Assembly: GCF_018350175.1 (NCBI RefSeq)
Contig: NC_058368.1
Coordinates: 183,832,001-183,896,000, forward strand
Direction of reading: 5' to 3'
From: Felis catus
Lineage: Eukaryota
DNA: 64,000 nt
The stretch's first letter is position 1. The number at the start of each line of letters is the position of its first letter. Made by a program: the position numbers and the translations under genes. This document shows, piece by piece, positions 1 through 12,709 of the stretch. Below the pieces are notes generated by a model. The model ran no database searches. It was not told where the DNA came from and was given only the letters and a program-made list of their open reading frames with translations.

Positions 1-860
1 TAAAACAACCCAATTTTAAAAATGGGCAAAGTATTTGAACAGATGCTTCATTAATAAGATATTCAGATGGCAAGTAAGCACATGAAAATATGTTCCACTG
101 CATTATTTTTAGGAAAATGCAAATTAAAAACACAATGTAATATCACTATATATTTATTAGACTGAGAATAAAAGAGAAAAGTAATTGATAATACCAAATA
201 ATAGCTAGGATATGGAACAAATGGACTCTTCCAATATGCTGGTGGTGGTACAGAAAGTATGAACACGTTGGAAACAGTTTGACAGTTTCTTATAAAGTTA
301 AACACACAGTTAGCATATGTCCCAGCTATTCCACTCCTAGACATTTACACAAAATATATGAAAATTTCTCTTCACACAAATATCTGTACCTGAAATTTTA
401 TATAGGACTTACTATTGCCCCAACCAAGAAACAACACAAATATCCTCATGTTGGTGAATGGTTAAAATGTGGTATATCCATATGATAGGATACTACCTAG
501 CAATAAAAGACATAAGCTACTTATATATACCATAACATGATGGTAAATTGCATATGAAATGTATTATAATAAGTAGAAGAAGCTGGATTTAAAAGGCAAC
601 ATATTGTATTACTCCATTCATATGACATGCTGGAAAAGGCAAAATTACAGGGACAGAAAACAGATCAGTGGTTTTGATCAGTCTTGAATAAGGGGAGAGG
701 TTGGTCAAGGGACATAGGGAAAATTTGGGAGAAAATGGAACTATTCTGTATATTGAATTTAATGTTGGTTATACAATTGCATGTATTTGTCAAACTCTCT
801 GAAATGTACACTAAAAGGGACAAATTTATTGTATATAAATTATACTTTCATAAAAAATGC
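1..860 (+). mobile_element. Old L1 (L1MB/L1MC-like) ORF2 3' end plus 3' UTR
   Basis: Starts with 'acaacccaattttaaaaatgggcaaag...gcacatgaaaa...atgcaaattaaaa', typical of the L1 ORF2 end. Ends 'gtatataaattatactttcataaaaaa'. Confidence 0.85.
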
Positions 861-1092
861 AAAAAATGGTCAAGCCATTTATAACACTTCTGAGATATCA
901 TATAAGAAAAGAATAACATCCTGTCTACTAGATTTAGGAACAAGAGGGCCCTTGTCGAGAAAAACTTTGAAATACCATAGAAAACATGTAGGTTTGTAGT
1001 TGTGAAGGAAGCGAAGCAACTCTATCTGACAAAGGAGAAACAATGAGTATAACTGACAATTCCCTCCAGAAGTATTTCCCTTAGGAAAATAA

Positions 1093-1097
<5 letters not shown>

Positions 1098-1132
<35 letters not shown>

Positions 1133-1142
1133 AGAGGGAGAG
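1098..1142. repeat. (GA)n microsatellite
   Basis: Direct read of the GA run. Confidence 0.95.
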
Positions 1143-1149
1143 GAGGTGT

Positions 1150-2200
1150 TGTTTAGAGTGTGAATATAAAACTGAGGGAGAATAGTTTTTAAAAGATAAA
1201 GGAAACTTGAACATTTTCCCACATATGGGGAAAAGACAATAAAGAAGGAGATTGAGGATATATGAAAAAGAGGGAAGGTTAACAGTGTGAGGTCTCTGAA
1301 GAGGCAGAAGTAGATGAGTTAAAGCACAGAAGTGGAACAGTAAGACTGAGAAAGACACGAAGTTGGAGAAAATAAATATAAGACCACAAAACAGTATTTT
1401 GTTTTGTTTTGCTCTAAAAGCAATAAGCAACCCAGACACAGTTGAAGATGAACAGCTGAACTCATCTAAGGTCTCCCTCTCTCTTTCCAGAATGATGAGT
1501 TGGAAAAACAAATGAGGCACAGGAATCGAGGATGCTTCCAAAATGTATGTATTTTAGGCTGAACTGTTTAAGAAAGCAAGTAAAAGTGTGAAGAAAAGGA
1601 GTCAAAAAATTTGTGATCTTAATAAAGTTGAACTATTGTGGTGGGTGTAGCACAGCAAATAACTTGCTGTCACCAAAGGCTGTCATCTGAGAGTGGGATT
1701 TCAAAGCCTGCAGATTTTGGAAGTAGAATGAGTAAGAATAAAATTCTTTATGTTTGAGATGAAACATTGAGAAGGAAAACTGATAAGGAAAAGAGGTCAT
1801 ATCACATGACCTACAAATCTACTGTGTAAATTTTCCATAGTCATATTTAAAACACTGAGAACACTAGAGTGATAAAAAAAAAAAAAAAGAAGAACTAAGG
1901 AACAGAACACTCAGTGAAGAAGAATGACTATAAAATTGATAGATGAGAAATTGTGTAGAGAAGTAGATTGCTGAATGTTATGGCACTGAAAGCAGGTAGT
2001 ATTCATGCAAGGATATCCTGTGAAAGTCTTGAGTGGCACTAGTGATTGAGAATGCTGAAGCTATCACCCTCTCCTCAGCTCTGTGGGTCACTGGGGAATG
2101 CAAGATTTCTCTGAAGAACTAGATGGCAAAAAGTGTCCTAAGAGAATCAGGATTGAGTTAAGATAAGGTGAATATACTCTCTTTATAAATAGAATTCATC
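1150..2200 (-). mobile_element. Possible very old L2 internal fragment
   Basis: Purine-rich degenerate sequence resembling antisense L2. Weak similarity only. Confidence 0.3.
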
Positions 2201-2258
2201 TCTCATGAAAAAGCTACGCTCAGTGTACATCGTAGAACGGATGCTTCTGAGTGTGCTC

Positions 2259-2282
2259 GTGTGTGTGTGTGTGTGTGTGTGT
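2259..2282. repeat. (GT)n microsatellite
   Basis: Direct read. Confidence 0.95.
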
Positions 2283-2425
2283 AGTAGGGGGACACTTCTA
2301 AGGAGATGAGGGGCAATGGAAAGCTGAGGTGGGAGACGTATGAAGATAAAGCCCAAAGAAGACTGCAAACCACTAGAGCTTATTATTGGGTAGTAATTAA
2401 GAATGTTAGGTATGGGTGCATGTTC

Positions 2426-2912
2426 TTTTTTTTTTTAATATATCAAATTTATTGTCAAATTGGTTTCCATACAACACCAGTGCTCATCCCAAAAGGTGCC
2501 CTCCTCAATACCCATCACCCACGCTCCCCTCCCTCCCACCCCCCATCAATCCTCAGTTTGTTCTCAGTTTTTAACAGTCTCTTATGCTTTGGCTCTCTCC
2601 CACTCTAACCTCTTTTTTTTTTCCTTCCCCTCCCCCATGGGTTTCTGTTAAGTTTCTCAGGATCCACATAAGAGTGAAAAAATATGGTATCTGTATTTCT
2701 CTGTATGGCTTATTTCACTTAGCATCACACTCTCCAGTTCCATCCACGTTGCTACAAAAGGCCATATTTCATTTTTTCTCATTGCCACGTAGTATTCCAT
2801 TGTGTATATAAACCACAATTTCTTTATCCATTCATCAGTTGATGGACATTTAGGCTCTTTCCATAATTTGGCTATTGTTGAGAGTGCTGCTATAAACATT
2901 GGGGTACAAGTG
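2426..2912 (-). mobile_element. Young 5'-truncated carnivore/feline L1 (ORF2 C-terminus, 3' UTR, poly-A)
   Basis: ORF 2657-2899 (MFIAALSTIAKLWKEPKCPSTDEWIKK...) matches the 3' end of L1 ORF2. T tail at ~2426-2436. 16-bp TSD tgggtgcatgttcttt (2413-2428) / tgggggcatgttcttt (2913-2928). Confidence 0.95.
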
Positions 2913-3033
2913 TGGGGGCATGTTCTTTATGTTGTGTCTTATTGACTCTGTAAATATTATAAAAGTAAAAGTGGTAAGTGTCCTGGGGATTTCACAGAAA
3001 AGCAACGGGGGCTAGACTAGATTGTACAATATT

Positions 3034-3240
3034 TAGCAATAGCAAATATAGGACATGTATGCTGCTGCTTCTCACTACTGAGCCCATGATAGTAGGCATG
3101 ACTTATTGATCATGGCATTCTTTCCTGCTAATACCAGATTCAGTTCCAAAGGCCTTCCCAATACCCCTATCAAGGTAGTCATTTCCAGTTGGCCAAAAAT
3201 AGCACAGTAACTGTTATCGATTATTCAAAACCTTATTTTT
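3034..3240. mobile_element. hAT-Charlie MITE remnant (MER102-like)
   Basis: 'gcaatagcaaatat...gagcccatg...gatcatggcattctttcctgct' resembles the recalled MER102 consensus. Confidence 0.5.
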
Positions 3241-3679
3241 CCCACCATCTTTACTATTTGAATTTTCTTATGGGAGACCTATCCCCACATGCCAAAAAGA
3301 ATAGAAATTAGCATTTCCTCTTTCCCTTAAGTATTCTTCCTCTCAAAAAAGGGTCTATTCTTTACTGTCACCTACTTCTTCCAGAAATACAGGTCCTGTC
3401 AAAGATTTGAAGGGGGTTTTAAAGTCTCTTGGCATTTTATATGCTTTAGGAGAAACTATAGATGATTGTATTCCAGATTAATATTGCTCAGTTTGTTATT
3501 TCTTGATCTATATTAGGGTGTTCAGGACAAAACAAGCAAAGACCTTTGCTTTGGTGAAATCATATTTAGAATATAGTTTTTATTTAATGACATTCTACAA
3601 AAAATGTTTATAAAATTGAGCCCATCCATGTTATTATAATGCTTAAAAGTTCAAGCAACAGACGATATTGTGAAATTTT

Positions 3680-3855
3680 AACTCATACTGGCTGTGTAAT
3701 TTGGGCCAAGTAACGATTTTGTTCATTTGTTTGTTTCTGCATCTGTTATCTAAAATAATGTGTGTGAGGAGGGTGATGTTAGCATTCACCTCATTAGGTT
3801 AGTGTGATCATTAAATGAGAGAATAAATACTTAGTACAGTTTCTGGCTCAGTGAT
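3680..3855 (+). mobile_element. MIR SINE
   Basis: Core 'ggctgtgtaatttgggccaagt...cacctcattaggttagtgtgatcattaaatgaga'. Confidence 0.75.
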
Positions 3856-3914
3856 AGTGACAGGAACTCCAGTGAGGACAAAGATGGAAATTGTCTTCAT
3901 TCAAGGGACAACAA

Positions 3915-4212
3915 GGCTTATGTTCAGCCCAGAAAAGAAATGACTTAGGGGACAAGTGATCTAGCATTTATATGGAATGAGGGGCTGAATAAAGTCACAA
4001 AGAGCAGCTGCATGTTGGCTCTCCCTAAGTAAAACTATCAAATAATTAGCGCTGTCTAAAATTGGATGTCATGCCTCAGATTTGGAGACTTGTTTGTTGA
4101 TGGACCATCAAAAGCACAGGATCAATGAAAAATCATCATCAGTGTTTTGAACTGAGTTTACATAATAGATTTGACTGTAAGATACCTACAATCTTTATAT
4201 TCTAATGTTGTG
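3915..4212 (+). mobile_element. L3/CR1 LINE 3' end
   Basis: 'ttcagcccagaaaagaaatgacttaggggac' and 'agcgctgtctaaaattggatgtcatgcctc' match the CR1/L3 3' consensus pattern. Confidence 0.6.
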
Positions 4213-4519
4213 TTTCTTACACCATAAGTGAGAATTAGTTTGGGATTGTTTAGCTCTAATGAGTCAGCTTAAAAAGAAGAAAAAGGAAAAAAAATGATTT
4301 GAGGGATAATTGGTTATTTGGTCAAGACAGAATTTAAAAGTCAAAATTTAAAGGTTATATTTAATAGCAATTATAGCTTTTTAAAAAAAATAGTAATTGA
4401 AATCTATAATTTTAATTTGGAGAAAATTAAAAAGGAGTGGATGGGCACTAAATTTTCAGCCTTAAATATATGACATATCTTTGACATAGCTTTGAATTAC
4501 CACGAAAATCTTATGTGAT

Positions 4520-4625
4520 TGGTATTTTCCAAATGGTAAAATTGAATCTCAGAAAATGTATCTGTCCAAGGATGACAAGAAGCTGAGACACAGACCCAGA
4601 TCTCTGCCAGAATTTATGTTTTGTA
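4520..4625 (-). mobile_element. MIR fragment
   Basis: 'ttttccaaatggtaaaattgaatctcaga...tgtccaagg...gacccagatct'. Confidence 0.55.
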
Positions 4626-5863
4626 GCATTATTGTATATGCACACACATGAAAACACACACACACATATTTATTTTGTTATATATAATAACTGAAGAGCT
4701 GTTTCTAAAGAATATAAAAAATTATTATCTTCATATGTGATAATAACATACCATTTACATTATATATACAGTGTAATGAAGCATGAAATAGCATCTATTC
4801 AGTCTCTTAAATCTACCCTTCTGTTAAAAGTTAACATGATAAACTATAATTGGTGTTTGCAAACAGGAAAGACTACTGTTATTGAATGATCTAACCAGTG
4901 ACTTTCTAGATGACATTGAATTCTTTCACTATTGCTGATGATTCAAAACATGACTTAATTTTTTTAAGGAAAAAGTTTGGCTTTTTTTATCTCCAAGAAT
5001 GGTAGAAATTTTGATAACTGCATCCAATTTATTGAGAAAATATAACTGAAGACATCACATCTTGGAAAGGGACTTGAAAAAATTATTTTCAAAATAAAAC
5101 AATTTCCTTTAACTCTAAGCATATTGATACTTTCCATATGAAGAAAATACATAAATGCATAAATTCAATTTTATTTTCTATCACCTCTTTTACTTCCTCC
5201 TTGCCAAAACAAACATATTTTTTAAATCTCTCTCAAATGGATTTATAGAAAAAAGTGAGATACAGAGTTAATAAATAAACCTATTAAAATAGGCTTGTGA
5301 CTGACAACTAGGGTTAGGAGAACAACTTCTATATAGTATTTCACTGTCAACTAGAAGAGGAAAAATAGCAGCGAATTCATCCTTGAAAATGTATATCCTA
5401 AGCCAAATTAAAACAGGATACACTTAGAAAACATAGTAAGTTCAGTATTTCTACAGATATCTAATTAATTCTAGGAGATTAATGATATTTGGATGCAAAG
5501 TATGAAAAGAGTAAAACCATTTCTGTATCTATAGGGTGATATTTCCCAGAAAACCCAAATGACACTGCCTTACTAGAAACAAAACTTGATTACTAGGCAT
5601 TTAGAAACTACCATAATTTTCATCAATTATGGGTTTTGGTCAATTATTTGGGTTCGTTTGTCTTTATCTCTCATGATATAAATGGATGACCTATACCAAT
5701 CTACAGATAGAAAGATGAGGTATGCATCTTAATATAAGTATACATACTAATATAAGGTATATATATACACGTACACACGTATACACACATCTTCACTATA
5801 AACATTATCTACCCTCATATGTATATAAGTGTATGTGTGCATGTATGTATATATATATGTATG

Positions 5864-5940
5864 ATTGAATAGCCAATTTGAGATATATTAAAAATCATAA
5901 ATCATTGAACAGCCAATTTGAGATATATTAAAAATCATGA
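5864..5940. repeat. 40-bp tandem duplication
   Basis: attga(a t/c)agccaatttgagatatattaaaaatcat occurs at 5864 and 5904. Confidence 0.95.
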
Positions 5941-6619
5941 GAGAGAAACTAAAAAGTTTATAAACTTTATAGTTCTTGGCTTGAGGATTTAATTTGAAGA
6001 TGATCTTAGTTTGGCAATATTTTTATAATTGTTAATGAAAAGCCTGCCAATTCACTAAAGAATGAAAAGTAGTTTTATCATGTATAGCCTTAACCTAAAC
6101 ATATATTATCATTTTGTTCATTTGTGATTCTCTAAAGGACAAATTAAGTTTTCATCAAATGTATTCATAAAGGTTAATTTTTTGAACAACCTCCATATAA
6201 ATTGCTCTACTGTAAATTTCCTACTCATTCTCACATTGAATAGAACATAATATTAAATCCTGTTTATTAATTTATCAGTTCAGTATGATCATATGCAGAT
6301 AGAAATTTCCCTTAACATATATGTTAAAACAACTAACTGGTTATATAAGCACAGAGAAAAAAAACCTCTTACTTAATTTTTTGTTTATTTGTTTAATGCT
6401 GTTCAAGTCTTGTTTCTGAGGTGAAACTATTTTTTTATATTAAACAGTGTCTTCTCAATTTCCTTTATCCCTAAACTTCCCTCACCATTTCTTCCTCATT
6501 GCCCTCAGGGTATGAATAATAAAGAAAATGAGGACAAATTTTTGGCATTTAAGAGAGCACTTAAGTAAATTTTGTTACTGTATTATGGAGATAATATTCA
6601 ATGAAAATTAAGATTTTCA

Positions 6620-6785
6620 ATTTTATTTTATTTATTATTTTTTATTTATTCTCAAATTAGTTAACATACAGTGTAGTCTTGGCTTCAGGAGTAGAATCCA
6701 GTGATTCATCACTTACATATAACACCCAGTGCTCATCCCAACAAGTGCCTTCCTTAATGCCCATCACCCATTTGCCCCACGCCCA
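6620..6785 (-). mobile_element. Short carnivore L1 3' end
   Basis: 'ttagttaacatacagtgtagtcttggcttcaggagtagaa...cccagtgctcatcccaacaagtgcc'. TSD tcaatttta at 6617-6625 and 6786-6794. Confidence 0.85.
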
Positions 6786-6897
6786 TCAATTTTAAGAGGC
6801 AATCACTTAAGATAAGTTTTGTTTTGTTTTACTCAATCCAAAAGTTTACCTTTAGGTATAGAGAGCAGTTTTAAGTCTCAAAGAAAAACATTTATAG

Positions 6898-7219
6898 CAG
6901 GAGTCAGTGACCTCTTTTCTATAAAGGACTGAATAGTAAATATTTTAGGCTTTGTGGGTTATATGATCTTTGTCTCAACTACTCAACTGCTCTACAGCAG
7001 CCATAGACAATAAATAAATGAGTGAGTTTGCCTGTTTCAGGAAAAGTTATTTATGGACACTGAATTTTGAAATCCATGGACTTTCTGGGTGTCATGAAAT
7101 ATTCTTTTTATTTTATTTTCTGAGCATTTAAAAATGCAAAAATCATTCTTAACTTGAGGACCATACAAAAACAGTCAGTGGCTGCACGTAGCCCATGCAC
7201 CATGGTTTGCTGACCCTTG
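6898..7219. mobile_element. MER58B-like hAT-Charlie MITE
   Basis: Termini caggagtcag...ctgacccttg. Internal 'atagtaaatattttaggctttgtggg'. Degenerate 8-bp TSD atttatag/gtttatac. Confidence 0.85.
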
Positions 7220-7428
7220 GTTTATACTGTAAATCATGATGAAAAAAGGATGTCATAAAAACTTTATCATCCCCATCTAATGAGAATTCTGGACTCTAGT
7301 AATCTATACTCTACCTCTCTAGGAAAGTTATCTTATAATGACATGGAAATAGATTTTGCTCTCTAAAAGTGTTGACTTGATCAGTGAAAACACTTATGAT
7401 CAAATACACTATTTCAAGTTGAAGGTAC

Positions 7429-7887
7429 TGATGCTGGAGTGAATTATTGCCCCTAAAATATGCACTGTGTAATCCATGAAATCAGTGAATGTTACCATTT
7501 ATGGAAAAAAAAAAAGACTTTACGGATGAGATTGATCAAGGATTTTGAGATAGGAGACTATCCTTAAATACTGTCATATTGTGTTTATGTGAGAGATGCA
7601 GAGGGAGATTTGACAACAGAAAAGCAAAAGACAACATGACCAAGGAGGCAGAGATTGGAGTGATGTGGTCAAGGCAAGGAATGTTGGCAGCTACCAGAAG
7701 ATAGAAGAGGAAAGAAACAGATTCTTGTGTAGAGCTTCTGAAGGGAGCCCTGTCCAAACCTTGATTTCAGAGTAGTGAAACCGAGTTCTGGTGTCTGGTA
7801 TCAAGAATTTTAAGAGAATAAATATTTGCTGTTTTAAGCCATGAAGTATGTGGTATTTTGTTACATAAATTATAGGAAACTAATACA
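7429..7887 (+). mobile_element. MaLR solo LTR (MLT1D-like)
   Basis: 'gtgaatgttacc', 'ggaggcagagattggagtgatgtgg', end 'ttttaagcca...ggaaactaataca'. Confidence 0.85.
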
Positions 7888-7984
7888 GTTTCCTAAGAAA
7901 CAGCACTAAGAATCTACAACTTTATTGGAGGAAGTGGTACTCTGTTCATTTTTATATCTTTATTTTGTTTTCTATCATTAAACA

Positions 7985-8300
7985 TTAGAGATGGAAAGGG
8001 ATGTATAGGTGACTTATTATCCAAGGTTGGGATCTATATTAAAAAGCCATGCCCCTTTTGTTATAAAATTTTTGGTTATAAAATACAACCTTATGGAACA
8101 ATTTATTGTACATTTGGGCAGCTAGTTAATTAGAAAAATAAATTTTATTCTAACCTTAATTGTGCTTTCCTGTAATTTCCATTGACTGGTCCTAGTTGTG
8201 CTCTCTCAAGCTTTAACCTTTTTCATTAAATCACAATACTTTAACATATTTGACAAAAAAAAATCATGTCAATCCCTAGACCCCTCCCTATCCCACCCCA
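7985..8300 (-). mobile_element. L3/CR1 fragment
   Basis: 'cctgtaatttccattgactggtcctagttgtgctctct' matches antisense L3. Confidence 0.55.
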
Positions 8301-8434
8301 GAGTATCTTACCCTAACCTAGAAATATTCTCAAAGCAAATTTATTTTGTCCCATTTATTATCTTGTATGTAACAGTAATTTCTGTAAACCTCATCATCTG
8401 AATTCCAGAAAAATGGTAGGAAACTATCAAATTG

Positions 8435-8645
8435 ATAATAATAGTTCATTTCTTGTGAGATTATTACATGCTAGGCAGTGTACTAATGGCATTATCTCCA
8501 ATTTGCTATCCCTATTTTACAAAGGAGGAAACAGAGTTTAGGAGAATTTAAGTCATTTTACCCAATAGTAAGGGGTTGAAATGAAGATCTAAATTCATAT
8601 TTTAAAAGACCAAAATGTATGTCCTTAATCACTATGCTGTATGGC
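8435..8645 (-). mobile_element. MIR SINE
   Basis: 'ccctattttacaaaggaggaaacagag...cttaatcactatgctgt'. Confidence 0.75.
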
Positions 8646-8843
8646 AACCAATGGTTTCTTATGCCCTCACGACTGTTCCTAGTATTTAACTTGAGGGTGA
8701 CAGTGGAGGGATTTGACAGGAAGGACCTTATCAAGAGGAATGCTACACATCTTCAGTGCACAGAATTCACTTTAACTTTTTAAAACACAGCTACGGTATT
8801 CAACTAGCTCATGTGGAGCTCATGGTCAATTAAAAATCCCATT

Positions 8844-9056
8844 AAAAATTTTTTTAATGTTTATTTATTTTTGAAGGACAGAGAGACAGAGGATGAGTGG
8901 GGGAGGAGCAGAAAGAGAGAGGCACAGAATCTGAAGCAGGCTCCAGGCTCTGAGCTGTCAGCACAGAGCCCGATGCGGGGCTTGAACCCATGAGCTGTGA
9001 GATCATGACCCAAGATGAAGTCAGATGCTTAACTGACTGAGCCACCCAGGCACTCC
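8844..9056 (-). mobile_element. Can-SINE (feline SINEC)
   Basis: Antisense tRNA-derived head ('gagccacccaggcactcc'), CT-rich body, T tail. Confidence 0.95.
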
Positions 9057-9289
9057 AAAATTTCCATTTTTAAACAGAAATACTTGTTAAATCAGGGCCC
9101 CTATTTTGTGTTTATGAAAATTCTTTCCTGAAACAATGTGTAATAATAATGTGTCTATTAATTATCTAAGTGCCTAAATTCACAGAGTAGATTAACTATA
9201 ATCCTTGATCCACAACATCTTCTCATTATTAATGACTTAGCTACTTTTAATAATGTAGTACATACCTGTGAACACACTCTGTAGTACAA

Positions 9290-10300
9290 AATCATGTTTG
9301 CCATTTTCTTCTTTTCCTCTTATTATAGCTTGTCACATTTATACATATTGTTTGTCTTCTTTGTATTTCAATTATATTATATTTATATTTCAATTTTTGT
9401 TGCACTTCAGTTGTTGAACTTATATAAAGGACATCATGGTACATCTACTTGTTTGGGAGTCTTTCATTTAATATGATATTGCTAAGGTTCACCTATTGTT
9501 GATATGGCTTATTTAATTTCTCTGCTGGAAATAATCCATTGTGTAAATATTATAGTATATTCATTTACAATGGGAAACACTGGTCGCTGTGAACATTGAA
9601 AAAAATATTCACATTTTTTGCTGTTATTTTTTAGGGTACCCGATGAGCCAAAGCTGTTGACTTTAACATAGTTACATTTTTCTTTTGTTTAAGAACTTTC
9701 TCCCTGGGGCGCCTGGGTGGCTCAGTCAGTTGAGCATCTGACTTCAGCTCAGGTCATGATCTCGCGGTCCGTGAATTCGAGCCCCGCATTGGACTCTGTG
9801 CTGAAAGCTCAGAGCCTGGAGCCTGTTTCAGATTCTACGTCTCCCTCTCTCTCTGACCCTCCCCCGTTCATGCTCTGCCTCTCTCTGTCTCAAAAAATAA
9901 ATAAACGTTAAAAAAAAAAAAGAACTTTCTCCCTGGTATCCAAGTTCTAAACAATACTTATCGATATTGTTTACTGAGTTTGAATTTTTCTTTTAGATTT
10001 AACACCCTTGATAAATAGTGAGCTAAATTATTATATGAAATAAGAATTGGATTTTATCTTTTTCCTTGTAGATAATCATTTTCCTACCTCCATTGAATGG
10101 TGTCTCCTTTTTTACCAATGGGAGTGTCATCTTTGTGAGATGTCTAAGTTCTAATTTGGCAGGAATCTTTTTGGGATCTTTATTCTATTTCTTTGGTCTC
10201 TTGGTTCAACTCTATGGCAATAATATACTTTCTTAATTACTATAGCTTCATAACAAGGCATTATATCATTTAGGAAAACTGCCTTTTTATAACAAAAGTA
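9290..10300 (-). mobile_element. Degenerate old L1ME-like fragment (interrupted by a SINE)
   Basis: 'ctttcatttaatatgatattgctaaggttcacc' and 'ttcttaattactatagcttcataa' are antisense L1 motifs. Confidence 0.5.
9706..9919 (+). mobile_element. Can-SINE (SINEC_Fc-like)
   Basis: Head ggggcgcctgggtggctcagtc. Perfect TSD aagaactttctccct at 9691-9705 and 9920-9934. Confidence 0.97.
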
Positions 10301-10319
10301 ATTTTGTAGAAATTATTAG

Positions 10320-10674
10320 TCTTCACCGATGTCCTCTTGTCCTCTCCTTCTGTGCAAACATTTTATTTCATAGCTTTTCACCATTTAGGAAGACTCGTGA
10401 CAAATTCTAGCTAATGAAATTTTATTTGAAATCATGTATATCGCTTCCAGACAGAGGCAACAAAATGCCCATTCTCCAATCTCTCTTTTCCTTTCTCACA
10501 ATGTCCAATTAACTCTGTGTTTCAAACAGACAATGTGATGGAGGCCCAGACATCCCAGATCACATTTCTCTATGGACATAAAAGGTGAATGAAGATACGT
10601 TTTGTGTAAATAAGATATTTATGTTTTGGAGTGGCTTATCACTGTAGTGATGCATTCAAATCCATCGACAGTCA
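10320..10674 (+). mobile_element. Old MaLR LTR (MLT1I/J-like)
   Basis: 'gtgacaaattctagctaatgaaat...atcgcttccagacagaggca' and a degenerate MLT1-type 3' end. Confidence 0.55.
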
Positions 10675-10692
10675 TTTAACTATGTATAAAGA

Positions 10693-11520
10693 CCTTTTTT
10701 TTGTAGCGCCTTGGAGGCTGTAAGCTGCTTCAACATGAAGCTGAACACCTCTTTCCCAGCTACTTGCTGCCAGAAACTCATTGAAGTGGTTGATGAATGC
10801 AAACTTCATACCTTTTATGAGAAGCGAATGGCCACAGAAGTTGCTGCTGATGCTCTAGGTGAAGAATGGAAGGGTTGCATGGTCTGAATCAGTGGTGGCA
10901 ATGACAAACAAGGCTTCCCCATGAAGCGGGGTGTCTTCACCTATGGCCATGTCCATTTGCTGATGCGTAAAGGGCATTCCTGCTACAGACCAAGGAGGAC
11001 TGGAGAAAAAAAGCACAACTCTGTTGGGGTTGCCTAACTTTCTCAACTTGGTCATTGTAGAAAAAAAGGGGGAGAAAGATATTCCTGGACCCACTGATAC
11101 TACTGTGCCTTATGGACTGGGACCCTAAAGAGCTAGCAGAATCTGAAAATTTTTTAAACTCTCTAAGGAAGATGATGTCCACCTGTATGCTGTGAGAAAG
11201 CCCCCAAACAAAGAAGGTAAGAAACCTAGAACCAAAGCACCCAAGATTCAGCATCCTGTATTCCATGTGTCCTCCAACATAGACGTTCGCGTATTGCTTT
11301 GAAGAAACAGCGTACTAAGAAAAATAAAGAAGAGGCTGCAGGGCATGCTAAACTTTTGGCCAAGAAAATGACAGAAGCCAAAGAAAAATACCAGGAACAG
11401 ATTGCCAAGAGACAGAGGCTGTCTTCTCTGAGACTTTCTACCTCTAAGTCTGAGTCCAGCCAAAATTGAGATTTTTCTAAGAGTAACAAATAAGATCAAA
11501 CATCAAACAAAACAAAACAA
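10693..11520 (+). pseudogene. RPS6: Full-length processed pseudogene of 40S ribosomal protein S6 (eS6)
   Basis: Intronless. ATG at 10735 reads [47 protein letters not shown], and it ends ...[17 protein letters not shown] (TGA 11467-11469). Premature TGA at 10885 and 11144 (CGA>TGA), plus a deletion near 11030. 5' TOP pyrimidine tract at 10693, decayed A tail (AAAAC)n, and perfect 15-bp TSD aactatgtataaaga (10678-10692 / 11521-11535). Confidence 0.98.
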
Positions 11521-12709
11521 AACTATGTATAAAGAAAAAAAATGTTTTGGTTAATAACCTTACACACTGACACTAACATGAGTTAGCATACCAGGTTTCT
11601 TTCTATCTGTGGAATTTATTCATAAACTGAAAGTTTAAAATTATCCTCCCTACCTAGTAGCTCCAAGTTCAGAGACATTTTTATTTGAAAAATAAGATTG
11701 TAAGAGAACATGAGACAGCAGATGGGGAAATTGGGAATCTGATGCTTTCCACCTAAAATATCAATACCCTTGCCTGGCAAGAGTTTTACCTTCTAAAAAT
11801 ATGAAGTTGAATGTTTTAAGAAATATGGGCTTTATTCCTAAGTTAGAATCCCAAAAATTAAGAAAAAGAGGACAAGAAGAACATTTTCAGTAATGGAAGA
11901 TTAAAATGTGTCACAAAGAAAAGACTATAGATTAGTATTTTATAAGGTTTTGCCCGGCATAGAGGTTAAGCTGTCTGTTTTGCCTTTCTCTGCCTCTACT
12001 AAGTGATTATTAAACTATGGATGAGATTTAACTAGGAGTGAAGGTTTATGATTTGAAGGTCTGGAAAAGGTAGGAGTCAAACTTTGAGCTGCATCATAGA
12101 ATAAAAAAAATACATGATTGACATGGTTTAAATGAATATCTTAGCAACTAAATGGGTATACTATAGGTATTTATCAAGTATTTTGGTTCTTTAGATTTAA
12201 TTCTTATAGACTTCTGAATAGCTATGATATTGTCATTATTGACAAAATTTACTTCTGTGATAAAGCTACAGTAATTTCACAATAAAGAAACCTTTTATTG
12301 TTTTCAAATGTTTTCACTGAGTTGAAACTTTTCTGCACTTCAGAATTTGTACTATAAAAATCCTATTGCCATAATACTTGCCTGCAGCTAGATACTTAAG
12401 TTACTACACTAAAGATTGATTTAAATTGAGTGTAATTATCTGCCTAGAATCTTTAAAAAAATTCCTCTTCTTTAACCATTAATTTTCACAACCATGATTA
12501 TCCACAATAAGTTTAGTTGGTGGTCTTTAATTAGTGTCTATTAAAATCTATATGGTGGTTAATTTAATCTGATTAAAAAAGAATCACATGCATAATCACT
12601 AACATAGTGAGTAATTTTGTGAATTTGAAATGGGGTCTCTTAACTTTTACAGCTGGAAGATGTGCTTGATTCACCCACATTAAAATGTTGCTAAAGTTCT
12701 TATATTCGC

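Noticed and set aside
879..1541. Longest ORF (220 aa, minus strand)
   Set aside because: Leu/Ser/Phe-rich reading of a purine-rich, GA-microsatellite-containing strand. No recognisable domain.
10735..11469. Functional RPS6 retrogene
   Set aside because: Stop at codon 51, a second stop, a deletion and frameshifts
10855..11499. Four minus-strand ORFs
   Set aside because: Antisense readings of the RPS6 pseudogene
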